14,852 bases of DNA from Elusimicrobiota bacterium (GCA_037137395.1 JBAXKK010000065.1:1-14852); one strand, 5' to 3'. Counted from the first letter of the stretch, positions 6,689 through 14,797 are shown. Numbers and translations: made by a program. Notes: generated from the sequence alone by a model not told the origin.

Positions 6689-7336
6689 ATGTCAAAAGAT
6701 ACATTAACTGCCTGCCTGCTGGCCTCCAGTTATCTGCTGGGCGGCATTCCCACAGGCTACATCATCGGCCGCCTTAAAGGAATAGACATTCGGAAATTCG
6801 GCTCCGGCAACCCCGGCACGGCCAATGTCTACAGAATCCTGGGCAAGGGTCCGGGCATCATCACTTTTATTGTTGATTTTCTCAAGGGCTTTATACCGGC
6901 GTATCTGGCGATAAAATTCTTCTATCTGGGGGCCGGACACTGGTGGATTCCGGTGACCGCCGGCGGTCTGGCTATAGCCGGCCACATCTGGACGCCCTTC
7001 CTCAGTTTTAAAGGCGGCAAGGGCGTGGCCACAGCGTCTGGCGTCTTTATGGCGCTGCTGCCCCTGCCCACGGCCGGGGCATTTATCTTTTTCAGCCTGG
7101 CCGTAGCCATCACGCATCATATCTCGGTCGGATCCATTACCGCCTCGGTCGTCCTGCCTATCCTGTGTTTCATACTTAACAAGAATCCCGAACAGAAGCC
7201 CTTCACTATTATGGCGATAGTGGTCTGCGGCATTATTTTCTATACGCACATCTCTAATATACGGCGTATCCTTAAAGGCCAGGAACTTTCCTTTAAGCAC
7301 AAAGGAAGCGGCGCCACGGATGAAAAAACAAACTGA
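6689..7336 (+). CDS. plsY: Glycerol-3-phosphate acyltransferase (acyl-phosphate dependent)
   Basis: YLLGGIPTG, DIRKFGSGNPGTANVYR, DFLKG, GHIWT.F..FKGGKGVAT, H.SNIRRI..G.E; start taken as ATG 6689. Confidence 0.95.
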   Translation: MSKDTLTACLLASSYLLGGIPTGYIIGRLKGIDIRKFGSGNPGTANVYRILGKGPGIITFIVDFLKGFIPAYLAIKFFYLGAGHWWIPVTAGGLAIAGHIWTPFLSFKGGKGVATASGVFMALLPLPTAGAFIFFSLAVAITHHISVGSITASVVLPILCFILNKNPEQKPFTIMAIVVCGIIFYTHISNIRRILKGQELSFKHKGSGATDEKTN

Positions 7337-8342
7337 GATCTCCGTCATCGGCGCCGGCATGTGGGGCGCGGTGCTGGCTAATTTACTGGCGCGCGAGGGC
7401 CGGACGGTCAGAGCCTGGGAATTCAAGGCGTCCACCGCCAGGAGCCTGAACGGCACGCGAGCGCATCCGGCTCTGCCCGGCTTCAGGCTGGCCAAAGAGA
7501 TAAAGGTATCAACGCGGCTTGAAGAAGCTGTCTGCTCGCCCAAGCTGCTGGTTATGGCCGTGGATTCAAAGCACGTTCGCGCCCTGTCCAGGCAGATAAA
7601 CATTCTTTTAAAAGACCAGCCCCTGCCGCTTATCGTCGCGGTAGCAAAAGGAATAGAAGCCGGCAGCCTCAAAACCGTTTGCGAGGTGATGGAAGAGGAA
7701 ATTCCCCGGGCGCATCAGAAGACGATGATACTAACCGGCCCCAGTTTCGCGGTGGAGGTGGCCGCCGGCGCTCCGACCAAAGTGGTGCTGGCCGGCAAAG
7801 ACCCTGACCTGGTTAAAGCCGCCGCCGCCATTATAGAAGGCGGCCCGCTCAGGCTGGAACTTTCGGATGACCGGCTGGGCGCCGAACTTGGCGGGGCTTT
7901 AAAAAATGTATATGCTATAGGCAGCGGGATCATAGACGGGCTTTCAAAGGCCGCCAAGAACAGCGAAGCGGCTTTTCTTATCGAAAGCGCTTCCGAGTTA
8001 AAGCGCATCATCACGGCCCTGGGCGGCAGGAGCCACACAGCCTGGGGACTTAGCGGCATGGGCGACCTGCTGCTGACAGCCACTTCAGCCAAGTCGCGCA
8101 ACTTCCGCTTCGGCCGGGAGATAGGCAAAGGCCGGACCCCGCTGGAGGCACAGCGGCACATAAAAACCGTGGTAGAAGGTTTCGCGGCCCTTGAGAACGC
8201 CAGGGCGCTGTGCGCGAAGCGCGCGATAAAGACTCCGGTTATAAATTCTATCTGGAAGATATTATATAAGGACCATAACCCGTCCTCCATCCTTGAAGCT
8301 GCCGGTTTTAAAAGAACACAGCACCCCTCGGGTAAATTATGA
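7320..8342 (+). CDS. gpsA: NAD(P)H-dependent glycerol-3-phosphate dehydrogenase
   Basis: Rossmann VIGAGMWG, KGIE, GPSFA.EVA, ELGGALKNVYAI, GLSGMGDL..T, SRN.RFG, VEG. Confidence 0.95.
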   Translation: MKKQTEISVIGAGMWGAVLANLLAREGRTVRAWEFKASTARSLNGTRAHPALPGFRLAKEIKVSTRLEEAVCSPKLLVMAVDSKHVRALSRQINILLKDQPLPLIVAVAKGIEAGSLKTVCEVMEEEIPRAHQKTMILTGPSFAVEVAAGAPTKVVLAGKDPDLVKAAAAIIEGGPLRLELSDDRLGAELGGALKNVYAIGSGIIDGLSKAAKNSEAAFLIESASELKRIITALGGRSHTAWGLSGMGDLLLTATSAKSRNFRFGREIGKGRTPLEAQRHIKTVVEGFAALENARALCAKRAIKTPVINSIWKILYKDHNPSSILEAAGFKRTQHPSGKL

Positions 8343-8932
8343 ATAATGAAGAATCCTCCGGCGCCAAAGAACTGGAAGTAAAGATTTACTCCATAGCCTC
8401 CAGCATGACGGAATCCATAATTTTCCTGGATGAGACGGGTGGGACCCGCATCCTGCCTATCTGGATCGGTCCCATGGAAGCGCAGGCCATAGCCATCCGG
8501 CTTTCCGGCTACCCTTCGCCGCGCCCGATGACGCACGATCTTTTTTTCTCGCTTTTAAAAACCCTCGGCCTTACCGTTGAAAAAGTCAGGATCACGGACA
8601 TAGTGGACAACACTTATTACTCTACAATAAGCATCAAGGACAAAAACGGCGCCAATAAACACGACATAGACGCACGCCCGTCTGACGCGGTGGCGCTGGC
8701 GGTGCGCTTCGGCTGCCCCATCTACATAAGCGAGCGGGTCTTCGGGAAAACTCAGGTGCTTTCTAAACCGATAACCGAAGATGAAGTGGTCAAATTCAAA
8801 CAGGACCTTAAGAATCTGAAACCGAAAGACATTATAAACCAGTTGATCACGCGCGGCAGGACTGATGAGAACGGAGAAGAATTGGAAGAGGGTGAAGGAA
8901 CAGAGGGGGAGGAAGAAGATGAACAGACTTGA
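8339..8932 (+). CDS. Bifunctional nuclease family protein (DUF151) with acidic tail
   Basis: LPIWIG..EA.AI, PRPMTHDL, V.I.D....YY, IDARPSDAVALAVR...PIY motifs. Confidence 0.9.
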   Translation: MNNEESSGAKELEVKIYSIASSMTESIIFLDETGGTRILPIWIGPMEAQAIAIRLSGYPSPRPMTHDLFFSLLKTLGLTVEKVRITDIVDNTYYSTISIKDKNGANKHDIDARPSDAVALAVRFGCPIYISERVFGKTQVLSKPITEDEVVKFKQDLKNLKPKDIINQLITRGRTDENGEELEEGEGTEGEEEDEQT

Positions 8933-9185
8933 GATAATCCGGGAAATAGCAAAACATCTCACCACGGAAAAAGACGCCAAGTTGGCCGTCCTTAAAACTT
9001 TTGAACTGATGGCTGCCGCCCTGCGGAGCAATGAGAAAGTTGTCATTTCCAATTTCGGGACCTTTAAAGTGAAGGACAGGATGCCGCGCCAGGCCCGCAA
9101 TCCAAAAACCAATCAGAAGGTTATGGTCGGCCCGCGCAAGAGCATAAGGTTTAAACCGTCAAAAAAATTGACAAGCGGAATCTAG
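8919..9185 (+). CDS. HU/IHF family nucleoid protein (IHF-alpha-like by context)
   Basis: V.ISNFGTFKV..R..RQARNPKT...V....RKSIRFKPSKKL; ATG 8919 follows a purine-rich RBS and gives the family-typical 88 aa. Confidence 0.9.
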   Translation: MNRLEIIREIAKHLTTEKDAKLAVLKTFELMAAALRSNEKVVISNFGTFKVKDRMPRQARNPKTNQKVMVGPRKSIRFKPSKKLTSGI

Positions 9186-9196
9186 ACGGCGCAAAG

Positions 9197-9280
9197 CGTA
9201 AAACGGAAAGCGGGAAGAGTTAAAAGAATTTAATACTCCATTTGGCGCTACTCTTTACGGCTTACGCTTTCCGTTTTACG
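9197..9280. repeat. 16-bp perfect inverted repeat built from heptamer-like units
   Basis: cgtaaaacggaaagcg (9197-9212) vs cgctttccgttttacg (9265-9280), with an inner aagagt/actctt pair. Confidence 0.8.
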
Positions 9281-9292
9281 GTGCCTTAGACT

Positions 9293-9631
9293 ATGGCTGA
9301 AAAAAATTACTTTACTATAAACGAGATCGCGAAAAAAACCCAGGTACCGCAATATACCATCCGCTACTGGGAATCCCGCTTTAAATTGCTGCGCCCGCTA
9401 CGCCTTTCCAGCGGACACCGCCGCTATACGGCCAAAGACGCGGAGATCATCAGTGAGATCAAAGACCTTGTCCTGATGAAAGGCTACACTCTGTCCGGCG
9501 CGAAAAAGGTTATTTTCTCCAACAGAAAAATCAAACAGCCGGCCTTTCAGGCAACCCGACCTTCTGACGATACCATCAAACTGCTTGAAGATATAAAAAA
9601 AGACCTGCAACAAATCATAAAAGAGTGCTAG
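9293..9631 (+). CDS. MerR-family transcriptional regulator
   Basis: YFTINEIAK...V..YTIRYWES.F..LRP.R...GHRRYT..D...I..IK.L....GYTLSGAKK; ihfA-merR-tRNA-Pro synteny is common in many bacteria. Confidence 0.9.
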   Translation: MAEKNYFTINEIAKKTQVPQYTIRYWESRFKLLRPLRLSSGHRRYTAKDAEIISEIKDLVLMKGYTLSGAKKVIFSNRKIKQPAFQATRPSDDTIKLLEDIKKDLQQIIKEC

Positions 9632-9905
9632 CCTAAAAGTTGCAGTTGCAACTTTCCGCCCGCATAGTGGGCGCCCATTCGGGAGGCATACATCTCTTCG
9701 GGCCGGGCGCGCATAGGCCGTTTGTCGGCCATAGGCCCTGATACGGCACTGGCATAGCCTTGCGCTGGGCCCTCAGCCCGCTGTGCGGGGAATCCTGCAG
9801 AATAATTCTGTTCCCCTATTTCCTAAATATAATCTGTCTTGAACTGCAGGATTCAGACTAACCCAAATACTGCAGTTCAAGACCAAGAAACCTCTCAATA
9901 ATTTG

Positions 9906-9911
9906 TATAAT
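9906..9911 (+). promoter_or_regulatory. Possible -10 box for the tRNA-Pro locus
   Basis: TATAAT 44 nt upstream of the first tRNA fragment; no clear -35. Confidence 0.4.
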
Positions 9912-9954
9912 CTGTATATTAAGTTGCATCACCCCTCAACAGAGCTGTATTTTT

Positions 9955-9991
9955 CGGGGCGTGGCTCAATGGTAGAGCGCTCGCTTGGGGT
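9955..9991 (+). pseudogene. 5' fragment of tRNA-Pro(GGG) (first 37 nt)
   Basis: Identical to 10035-10071; stops at the last base of the anticodon loop. Confidence 0.9.
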
Positions 9992-10034
9992 AAAGAAGAT
10001 AGTTCTTTTTACAAAAATTTTTAACCCGCATTAC

Positions 10035-10106
10035 CGGGGCGTGGCTCAATGGTAGAGCGCTCGCTTGGGGTGCGAGAGACTGCGGGTTCAATTCCCGCCG
10101 CCCCGA
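10035..10106 (+). tRNA. tRNA-Pro (anticodon GGG), CCA not encoded
   Basis: Cloverleaf: acceptor cggggcg/cgccccg, D gctc/gagc, anticodon arm ctcgc-ttGGGgt-gcgag, T arm gcggg-ttcaatt-cccgc, discriminator A. Confidence 0.97.
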
Positions 10107-10218
10107 TAAGGCGGGTTAAAAATGCGAGCGTGGACTACGCTAACCTTGCGCCGCTCATGGACACAATCAGACTGCGAGTGGACTGGGCTACCGAAGATTT
10201 ACTACGGACACTGTGCCA

Positions 10219-10242
10219 GTTCAATTCCCGCCGCCCCGATAA
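10219..10242 (+). repeat. Direct repeat of the tRNA-Pro 3' end (att-like)
   Basis: gttcaattcccgccgccccgataa identical to 10086-10109. Confidence 0.9.
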
Positions 10243-10246
10243 TAAC

Positions 10247-10275
10247 ACCAGCCTCCCGGGCTGGTTTTTTATTTT
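10247..10275 (+). terminator. Rho-independent terminator
   Basis: accagcc-tcccg-ggctggt hairpin followed by tttttatttt. Confidence 0.8.
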
Positions 10276-10372
10276 AGGGCGGAAAACTTTTATACAATAG
10301 TCATACCGGCTCAGATGGACAGACTGGCAGACTACGCAGCACTTTCTTGGGCATATTTTATACGGAGGACTT

Positions 10373-11590
10373 ATGTTTAAAAAAAATATATCGTTTTGGC
10401 TTATCCCGATTTTGATGGCCGCGGCAGTGAATACGGCCGCCCAGAACCAGGCCACGGATGAGAAAACACCGGAACCGGTAACCCACCCGGTAATCTCCGC
10501 CTCCAACGCTTTCGCCTTTGATCTTTACAAGCAACTCTCGGCAAAAGCCGGGAATGTTTTCTTTTCTCCCTACAGCATCACCGTGGCGCTAGCCATGACT
10601 TACGAGGGCGCCCGGGGCTGGACGGCGACGGAGATGGAAAAAGTCCTGCGCCTTCCCAAGGACGCAACCCTGCGCCGGAATTTCTTCGCGAAAGACCTTG
10701 AAGCCTTCAACACCGGCGCCGACGCCAGGATAGCAAACGCTTTCTGGGCCCAAAAAGATTACGCTTTCCTGCCGGCCTACACCGAGCTAATGCGGAAAAG
10801 CTACAGGGCGGATGCGTTTGGCGCCGATTTCAAAAAAGCCGCCAGCGCGGCGCGCCTGGAAATAAACAAATGGACTTCAGGCCAGACCAACGGCCGGATA
10901 AAAGATCTGTTCCCGGAAAATTCTCTGAACAGCCTTACGCGACTGGTTCTGGTTGACGCGGTCTATTTCAAAGGCAAATGGGAAACGCAGTTCGACAAAA
11001 GCCTGACCGCCGAAGCTGAATTCTTCACCAAGCCTGCCGTAAAAGTTAAAGTAAACATGATGAAGCGCACCGGGGAAGGCGCGAAGTTCAACTATTTCCA
11101 GACTATGGATATGCAGGTCCTTGAACTGCCCTATAAAAACAGCGGGCTTTCCATGTTTGTTATCCTTCCGGCGGAAGGCGGGCTTAAGAAATTGGAGAAA
11201 GATATCTCCCCGGCGAAGCTGGATCAGTGGAAGAAGGGACTTTACAATACCCGGGTGGATGTATTTCTGCCCAGATTCTCGCTTAATGACAGGTACTCGC
11301 TGCCCGGCACGCTGGCAAAGATGGGGATGCCCCGGGCCTTCACCGACCAGGCTGACTTCTCCGGGATGGACGGCAGTAAAAACCTTTATATACAACAGGT
11401 CGTCCACCAGGGTTTCGTGGAAGTGAACGAGGAAGGCACCGAGGCCGCGGCGGCGACCGGAGTGGCTATGGGTTTGAAATCCATGCCTATGCCCGCGCCG
11501 CAGTTCAGAGCGAACCGGCCCTTCATTTTTCTGATCCAGGAAAGCGCGACCGGTAAGATAGTGTTTATGGGCAGGGTGGAAAAACCTTAG
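10373..11590 (+). CDS. Serpin (serine protease inhibitor) with N-terminal signal peptide
   Basis: NAFAFDLY, NVFFSPYSI..ALAM...GARG.T..EM, IN.W....T.GRIKDL, YFKGKW, LELPY, LPRF, hinge EVNEEGTEAAAAT, F.ANRPFIFLI, FMGRV..P; GGAGG RBS. Confidence 0.95.
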   Translation: MFKKNISFWLIPILMAAAVNTAAQNQATDEKTPEPVTHPVISASNAFAFDLYKQLSAKAGNVFFSPYSITVALAMTYEGARGWTATEMEKVLRLPKDATLRRNFFAKDLEAFNTGADARIANAFWAQKDYAFLPAYTELMRKSYRADAFGADFKKAASAARLEINKWTSGQTNGRIKDLFPENSLNSLTRLVLVDAVYFKGKWETQFDKSLTAEAEFFTKPAVKVKVNMMKRTGEGAKFNYFQTMDMQVLELPYKNSGLSMFVILPAEGGLKKLEKDISPAKLDQWKKGLYNTRVDVFLPRFSLNDRYSLPGTLAKMGMPRAFTDQADFSGMDGSKNLYIQQVVHQGFVEVNEEGTEAAAATGVAMGLKSMPMPAPQFRANRPFIFLIQESATGKIVFMGRVEKP

Positions 11591-11624
11591 CGCGCCCCGC
11601 GTCATCCTCGCCATAAGGATCTTT

Positions 11625-12770
11625 ATGGATACAAAAAAACAGACTTACCCGATCCGGGTGGGCCTGCTTTACGGGCACAAACCATCCGGCCATTACTCCG
11701 CGGCCCGGGCATTGGCCGATTTTTTTCCGGCCGACGTGATGGAGCCGGTGTTCATAAATCTCTCGGAGGTTTATCCGAATCTAGGTTCCTTCGTGGCCAA
11801 AACCTATCTTGAGATCCTAAATAAAACCCCGGCGCTCTGGGACTATGTCTACGACAACGATTTTGTGGCCCTGGCCGCCAACGGCATAAAGACGGCGGTG
11901 TTTCCATATTACTCGCGGCATCTGATAGAAGTGCTGCGAAAAAAAAATCTGCAGGCCGTGGTTTCCACCCACGCGCTGGCAGCGATGCTTCTGGCCAAGC
12001 GAGACAAAGCTTTAAAGCCTGCGCCCCTTTTCGCCGTCCTGACGGATTTTCACGCGCATTCCTACTGGCCGTCCAAAGGCGTGGAACTTTATTTTGCTCC
12101 GGGCAAAACCGCGGAAACTGGACTTAAAAACAACGGCGTGGACGCGGCCAGGATAGTCACGGCCGGCATTCCGGTACGCAAAGAATTTCTGATGCAGGCC
12201 GATGCCCGTCAAAAACGAAAGGAGCTGGGGTTGGCGCCAAACCTTTTTACGGTGCTGATAGCCGGCGGCAGCAAGGGCCTGGGCGGCATACAACTTTGCG
12301 TGGAGACCCTGAAAAAGTTTTCAGGAAAACTCCAGATCGTGGTCATGTGCGGCGAGAATAAGAAACTCTACCGCAATCTTACCAACACGATGGTGGGTAG
12401 CAAACATCTGAAAATAATCAGCGGCTTTGTGGAATACCCGGCAAGTTGCTATCAGGCGGCGGATCTGATCATAGGTAAAGCCGGCGGGATAACCATAGCT
12501 GAAGCCATGGCGCTTAACAAGCCGATGGTCTTGTTCTCTCCGCTCCCCGGACAGGAGGAGCATAACGCTAATTTCCTGATTAAGAACCGGCTGGCAGATT
12601 TCGCCCACGATTCGCATCAGCTGGAAGCGCTGATTAAGAAATATCTACAGCACCCGGGCGCGCTGGACTTATTAAAGAGCAACATAGCGGAAACAGCCAG
12701 GCCATACGCAGCCAGAGATATCGCAGCGGGAATAATGGGACGGCTACTAGGAGAAGTGGTTAGTGACTAG
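11625..12770 (+). CDS. MGDG synthase / UgtP-like GT28 glycosyltransferase
   Basis: GHYSAARAL, VVSTH, VLTDF..HSYW, GIPVR..F, GGSKGLG, KAGGITIAEA, PLPGQEEHNA motifs. Confidence 0.85.
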   Translation: MDTKKQTYPIRVGLLYGHKPSGHYSAARALADFFPADVMEPVFINLSEVYPNLGSFVAKTYLEILNKTPALWDYVYDNDFVALAANGIKTAVFPYYSRHLIEVLRKKNLQAVVSTHALAAMLLAKRDKALKPAPLFAVLTDFHAHSYWPSKGVELYFAPGKTAETGLKNNGVDAARIVTAGIPVRKEFLMQADARQKRKELGLAPNLFTVLIAGGSKGLGGIQLCVETLKKFSGKLQIVVMCGENKKLYRNLTNTMVGSKHLKIISGFVEYPASCYQAADLIIGKAGGITIAEAMALNKPMVLFSPLPGQEEHNANFLIKNRLADFAHDSHQLEALIKKYLQHPGALDLLKSNIAETARPYAARDIAAGIMGRLLGEVVSD

Positions 12771-12791
12771 TGTATTGGGGGGATTAAAATA

Positions 12792-12862
12792 TCGGGGCAT
12801 ACGGATTTGAACCGTAAATCCGCCGACCCGAACGGCGTGTGATACCATTTCACTATGCCCCG
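12792..12862 (-). tRNA. tRNA-Pro (anticodon CGG), CCA not encoded
   Basis: Reverse complement folds: cggggca/tgccccg, D gtga/tcac, anticodon arm cgccg-ttCGGgt-cggcg, T arm tacgg-ttcaaat-ccgta, discriminator A. Confidence 0.93.
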
Positions 12863-12870
12863 ATTTATTA

Positions 12871-12899
12871 ATTATACACTTTATAATCCCAAAATTCAA
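12871..12899 (-). promoter_or_regulatory. Sigma70-type promoter for tRNA-Pro(CGG)
   Basis: On the minus strand TTGAAT (12899-12894), 17-bp spacer, TATAAT (12876-12871), ending 8 nt before the tRNA 5' end. Confidence 0.7.
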
Positions 12900-13055
12900 T
12901 TTTTACCGCCGGCTTGCCAATCCTCTAATCCTCTAGTCCTCCAGCCCCATCATTGCCTTGTCAAGCCTGAACCTTGCTTAAAGAAATCCTTTTTAGTATT
13001 ATTTACTTTCACAGTAGTTATTTTAAGCGTGTTTTTTTAAACATGAGGTAAAAGC

Positions 13056-14108
13056 ATGGCTGAAGAAAAAGAAAATCAGGAACCGGCTCAGGAAGAAACG
13101 CCCCAGGCCGAAAAACCCCAAAAAGGGCTTTTAAAGGACATCAATATTGATTCAATGAATCAATATATACGAAGGATCAGCCAAATAGACCATAAGATCT
13201 CGCGCGAAGAATCCCATGAACTCTGGAAACGCGTGAAGCGCGGCGACAGGCGCGCCAAAGACCGCATCATGGAGTTGAACCTGAAGCTCGTGATACCAAT
13301 CGCCAAACGCTTTCTTTACCCCGGAGCCGACCTTATGGATCTGGTGGAAGAAGGCAACCTCGGCCTCCTGCACGCCATCGATAAATTCGAGCCCAAGAAG
13401 GGCTATAGGTTCTCAACTTACGCGTCCTACTGGGTGGAGCAGTATGTCAGGCGCTCCGTGGAAGAAAATTCAAAGACCATCCGCATCCCTCCACACGCCT
13501 GGACCGCCCTTAGAAAATGGCTAAAGCAGTGGGACGCTATGCACGGGAAACTGGGCCGCGATCCGACATTGGCCGAGATGGCCCGCCAGATGCACTGGAC
13601 GGCCAACCAGGTCCGCACAGCCCTGAACGCGTCGGAGATAGTCACCGGACTTTCCTCGATAGAAACCCCTCTCAGCGACGAGAACGCCGACACTGTCGGC
13701 GACCTCCTGCAGGACAAGGGCTCCGGCACGCCGGAAAGCCTAATCTCTATACTGCGCCTTCATGACGAGCTTAAGGACGCGCTGCTGGAAGTGGGCGAGC
13801 GGGAGCGCATGATAATAGAACTGAGATACGGCCTAGCCGGTCAGACCGCCATGACGCTGAACGACATAGGTAAAAAGCTCAGCCTTTCGCGCGAACGCGT
13901 GCGCCAGATAGAGGAGCGCGCGCTGCTGCGCCTGCGCCGCGTGGCAGCCAGGATGGGTCTTATAGAGATGGCTAAGCGTCCGGACCACACAAATTTCCAG
14001 CCGGGTTGGAACCAGCCTAAGATGAAAACCGACCTGCTGGGCGACGCTATGCCCTCAAAGCCGTATGTCCCCAGGAACCTGAGCAAGACGGGGAAAAAGA
14101 AAAAATAA
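13056..14108 (+). CDS. RNA polymerase sigma-70 factor, RpoD/RpoS-like, lacking region 1.1
   Basis: Region 2 NLKLVIPIAKRF...DLVEEGNLGLLHAIDKFEPKKGYRFSTYASYWV, region 3 TIRIP...LGRDPT..EMA, region 4 ER.IIELRYGL...TL.DIG..L.LSRERVRQIE..AL.RLR; GAGG RBS. Confidence 0.92.
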   Translation: MAEEKENQEPAQEETPQAEKPQKGLLKDINIDSMNQYIRRISQIDHKISREESHELWKRVKRGDRRAKDRIMELNLKLVIPIAKRFLYPGADLMDLVEEGNLGLLHAIDKFEPKKGYRFSTYASYWVEQYVRRSVEENSKTIRIPPHAWTALRKWLKQWDAMHGKLGRDPTLAEMARQMHWTANQVRTALNASEIVTGLSSIETPLSDENADTVGDLLQDKGSGTPESLISILRLHDELKDALLEVGERERMIIELRYGLAGQTAMTLNDIGKKLSLSRERVRQIEERALLRLRRVAARMGLIEMAKRPDHTNFQPGWNQPKMKTDLLGDAMPSKPYVPRNLSKTGKKKK

Positions 14109-14128
14109 TTTATGGGAGCGATAATAAA

Positions 14129-14674
14129 ATGATAAATAACGCGCAAAGCGAAACAATAACAGAGAGAATAAAAACAATAGTCCGTGATGTGCCGGATTTT
14201 CCGAAAAAAGGCATCATATTCAAAGACATCACCCCGCTGCTGGCCGACAACGCGACTTTCACCGAGACCATAAAATGCATGGCGGCGAAATACAAAGGTT
14301 GCGGGATAACCAAGGTCCTGGGAATAGAAGCGCGCGGCTTCATCCTGGCCGCGCCCATAGCCATGGAACTCGGCGCAGGGATAGTCCCGGTCCGCAAGAA
14401 AGGCAAGCTGCCTTATAAAACCATTTCCGAGACCTACGCGCTTGAATACGGCGAGGACACCCTGCAGATGCACGAGGACGCCGTCAGAAAAGGCGAGAAG
14501 GTTTTAATAGTGGACGACGTGCTTGCCACGGGCGGCACTGCTAAAGCCGTGGTCGCTTTGGTGGATAAACTGGGCGGAAAAGTGGAAGGCATCGCCATGC
14601 TTATCGAACTGGAATTTTTGAACGGACGCGCGAAGTTGGCTGGCCACGACGTCTTCTCTTTGATAAAATATTAG
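14129..14674 (+). CDS. apt: Adenine phosphoribosyltransferase
   Basis: VPDFPKKGIIFKDITPLL, GIEARGF, RKKGKLP, YALEYG, PRPP-binding VLIVDDVLATGGT. Confidence 0.97.
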   Translation: MINNAQSETITERIKTIVRDVPDFPKKGIIFKDITPLLADNATFTETIKCMAAKYKGCGITKVLGIEARGFILAAPIAMELGAGIVPVRKKGKLPYKTISETYALEYGEDTLQMHEDAVRKGEKVLIVDDVLATGGTAKAVVALVDKLGGKVEGIAMLIELEFLNGRAKLAGHDVFSLIKY

Positions 14675-14684
14675 TACAGTACGA

Positions 14685-14722
14685 CAGCAAGACAGCGCGG
14701 CAGCAAGACAGGATAGCCGCAG
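14685..14722 (+). repeat. Degenerate octamer tandem repeat (cagcaaga/cagcgcgg)
   Basis: cagcaaga-cagcgcgg-cagcaaga-cagga; 19 nt identical to 2642-2660. Confidence 0.65.
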
Positions 14723-14797
14723 TAAATTAAAGCCACACTTTTTTACTACAGAACACTTCGCCCAATTCGCCATGCAGTACAAGCTGGGTGTGACAAT

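Noticed and set aside
6704..8536. Long minus-strand ORFs (6704-7672, 7715-8536), and likewise 1184-1714, 8555-9112, 10877-11614, 13841-14473
   Set aside because: Antisense shadows of well-supported + strand genes with no recognisable motifs.
9955..10242. CRISPR array or intron-split tRNA
   Set aside because: The repeats are tRNA fragments of unequal content with no cas genes nearby; joining the outer fragments would still lack tRNA nt 38-51.
10049..10506. ORFs 10049-10300 (+) and 10135-10506 (-)
   Set aside because: They overlap the tRNA, terminator and serpin start; no coding hallmarks.
12855..13040. 61-aa ORF upstream of the sigma factor
   Set aside because: Starts inside the minus-strand tRNA, runs through promoter and repeat DNA and has no RBS.
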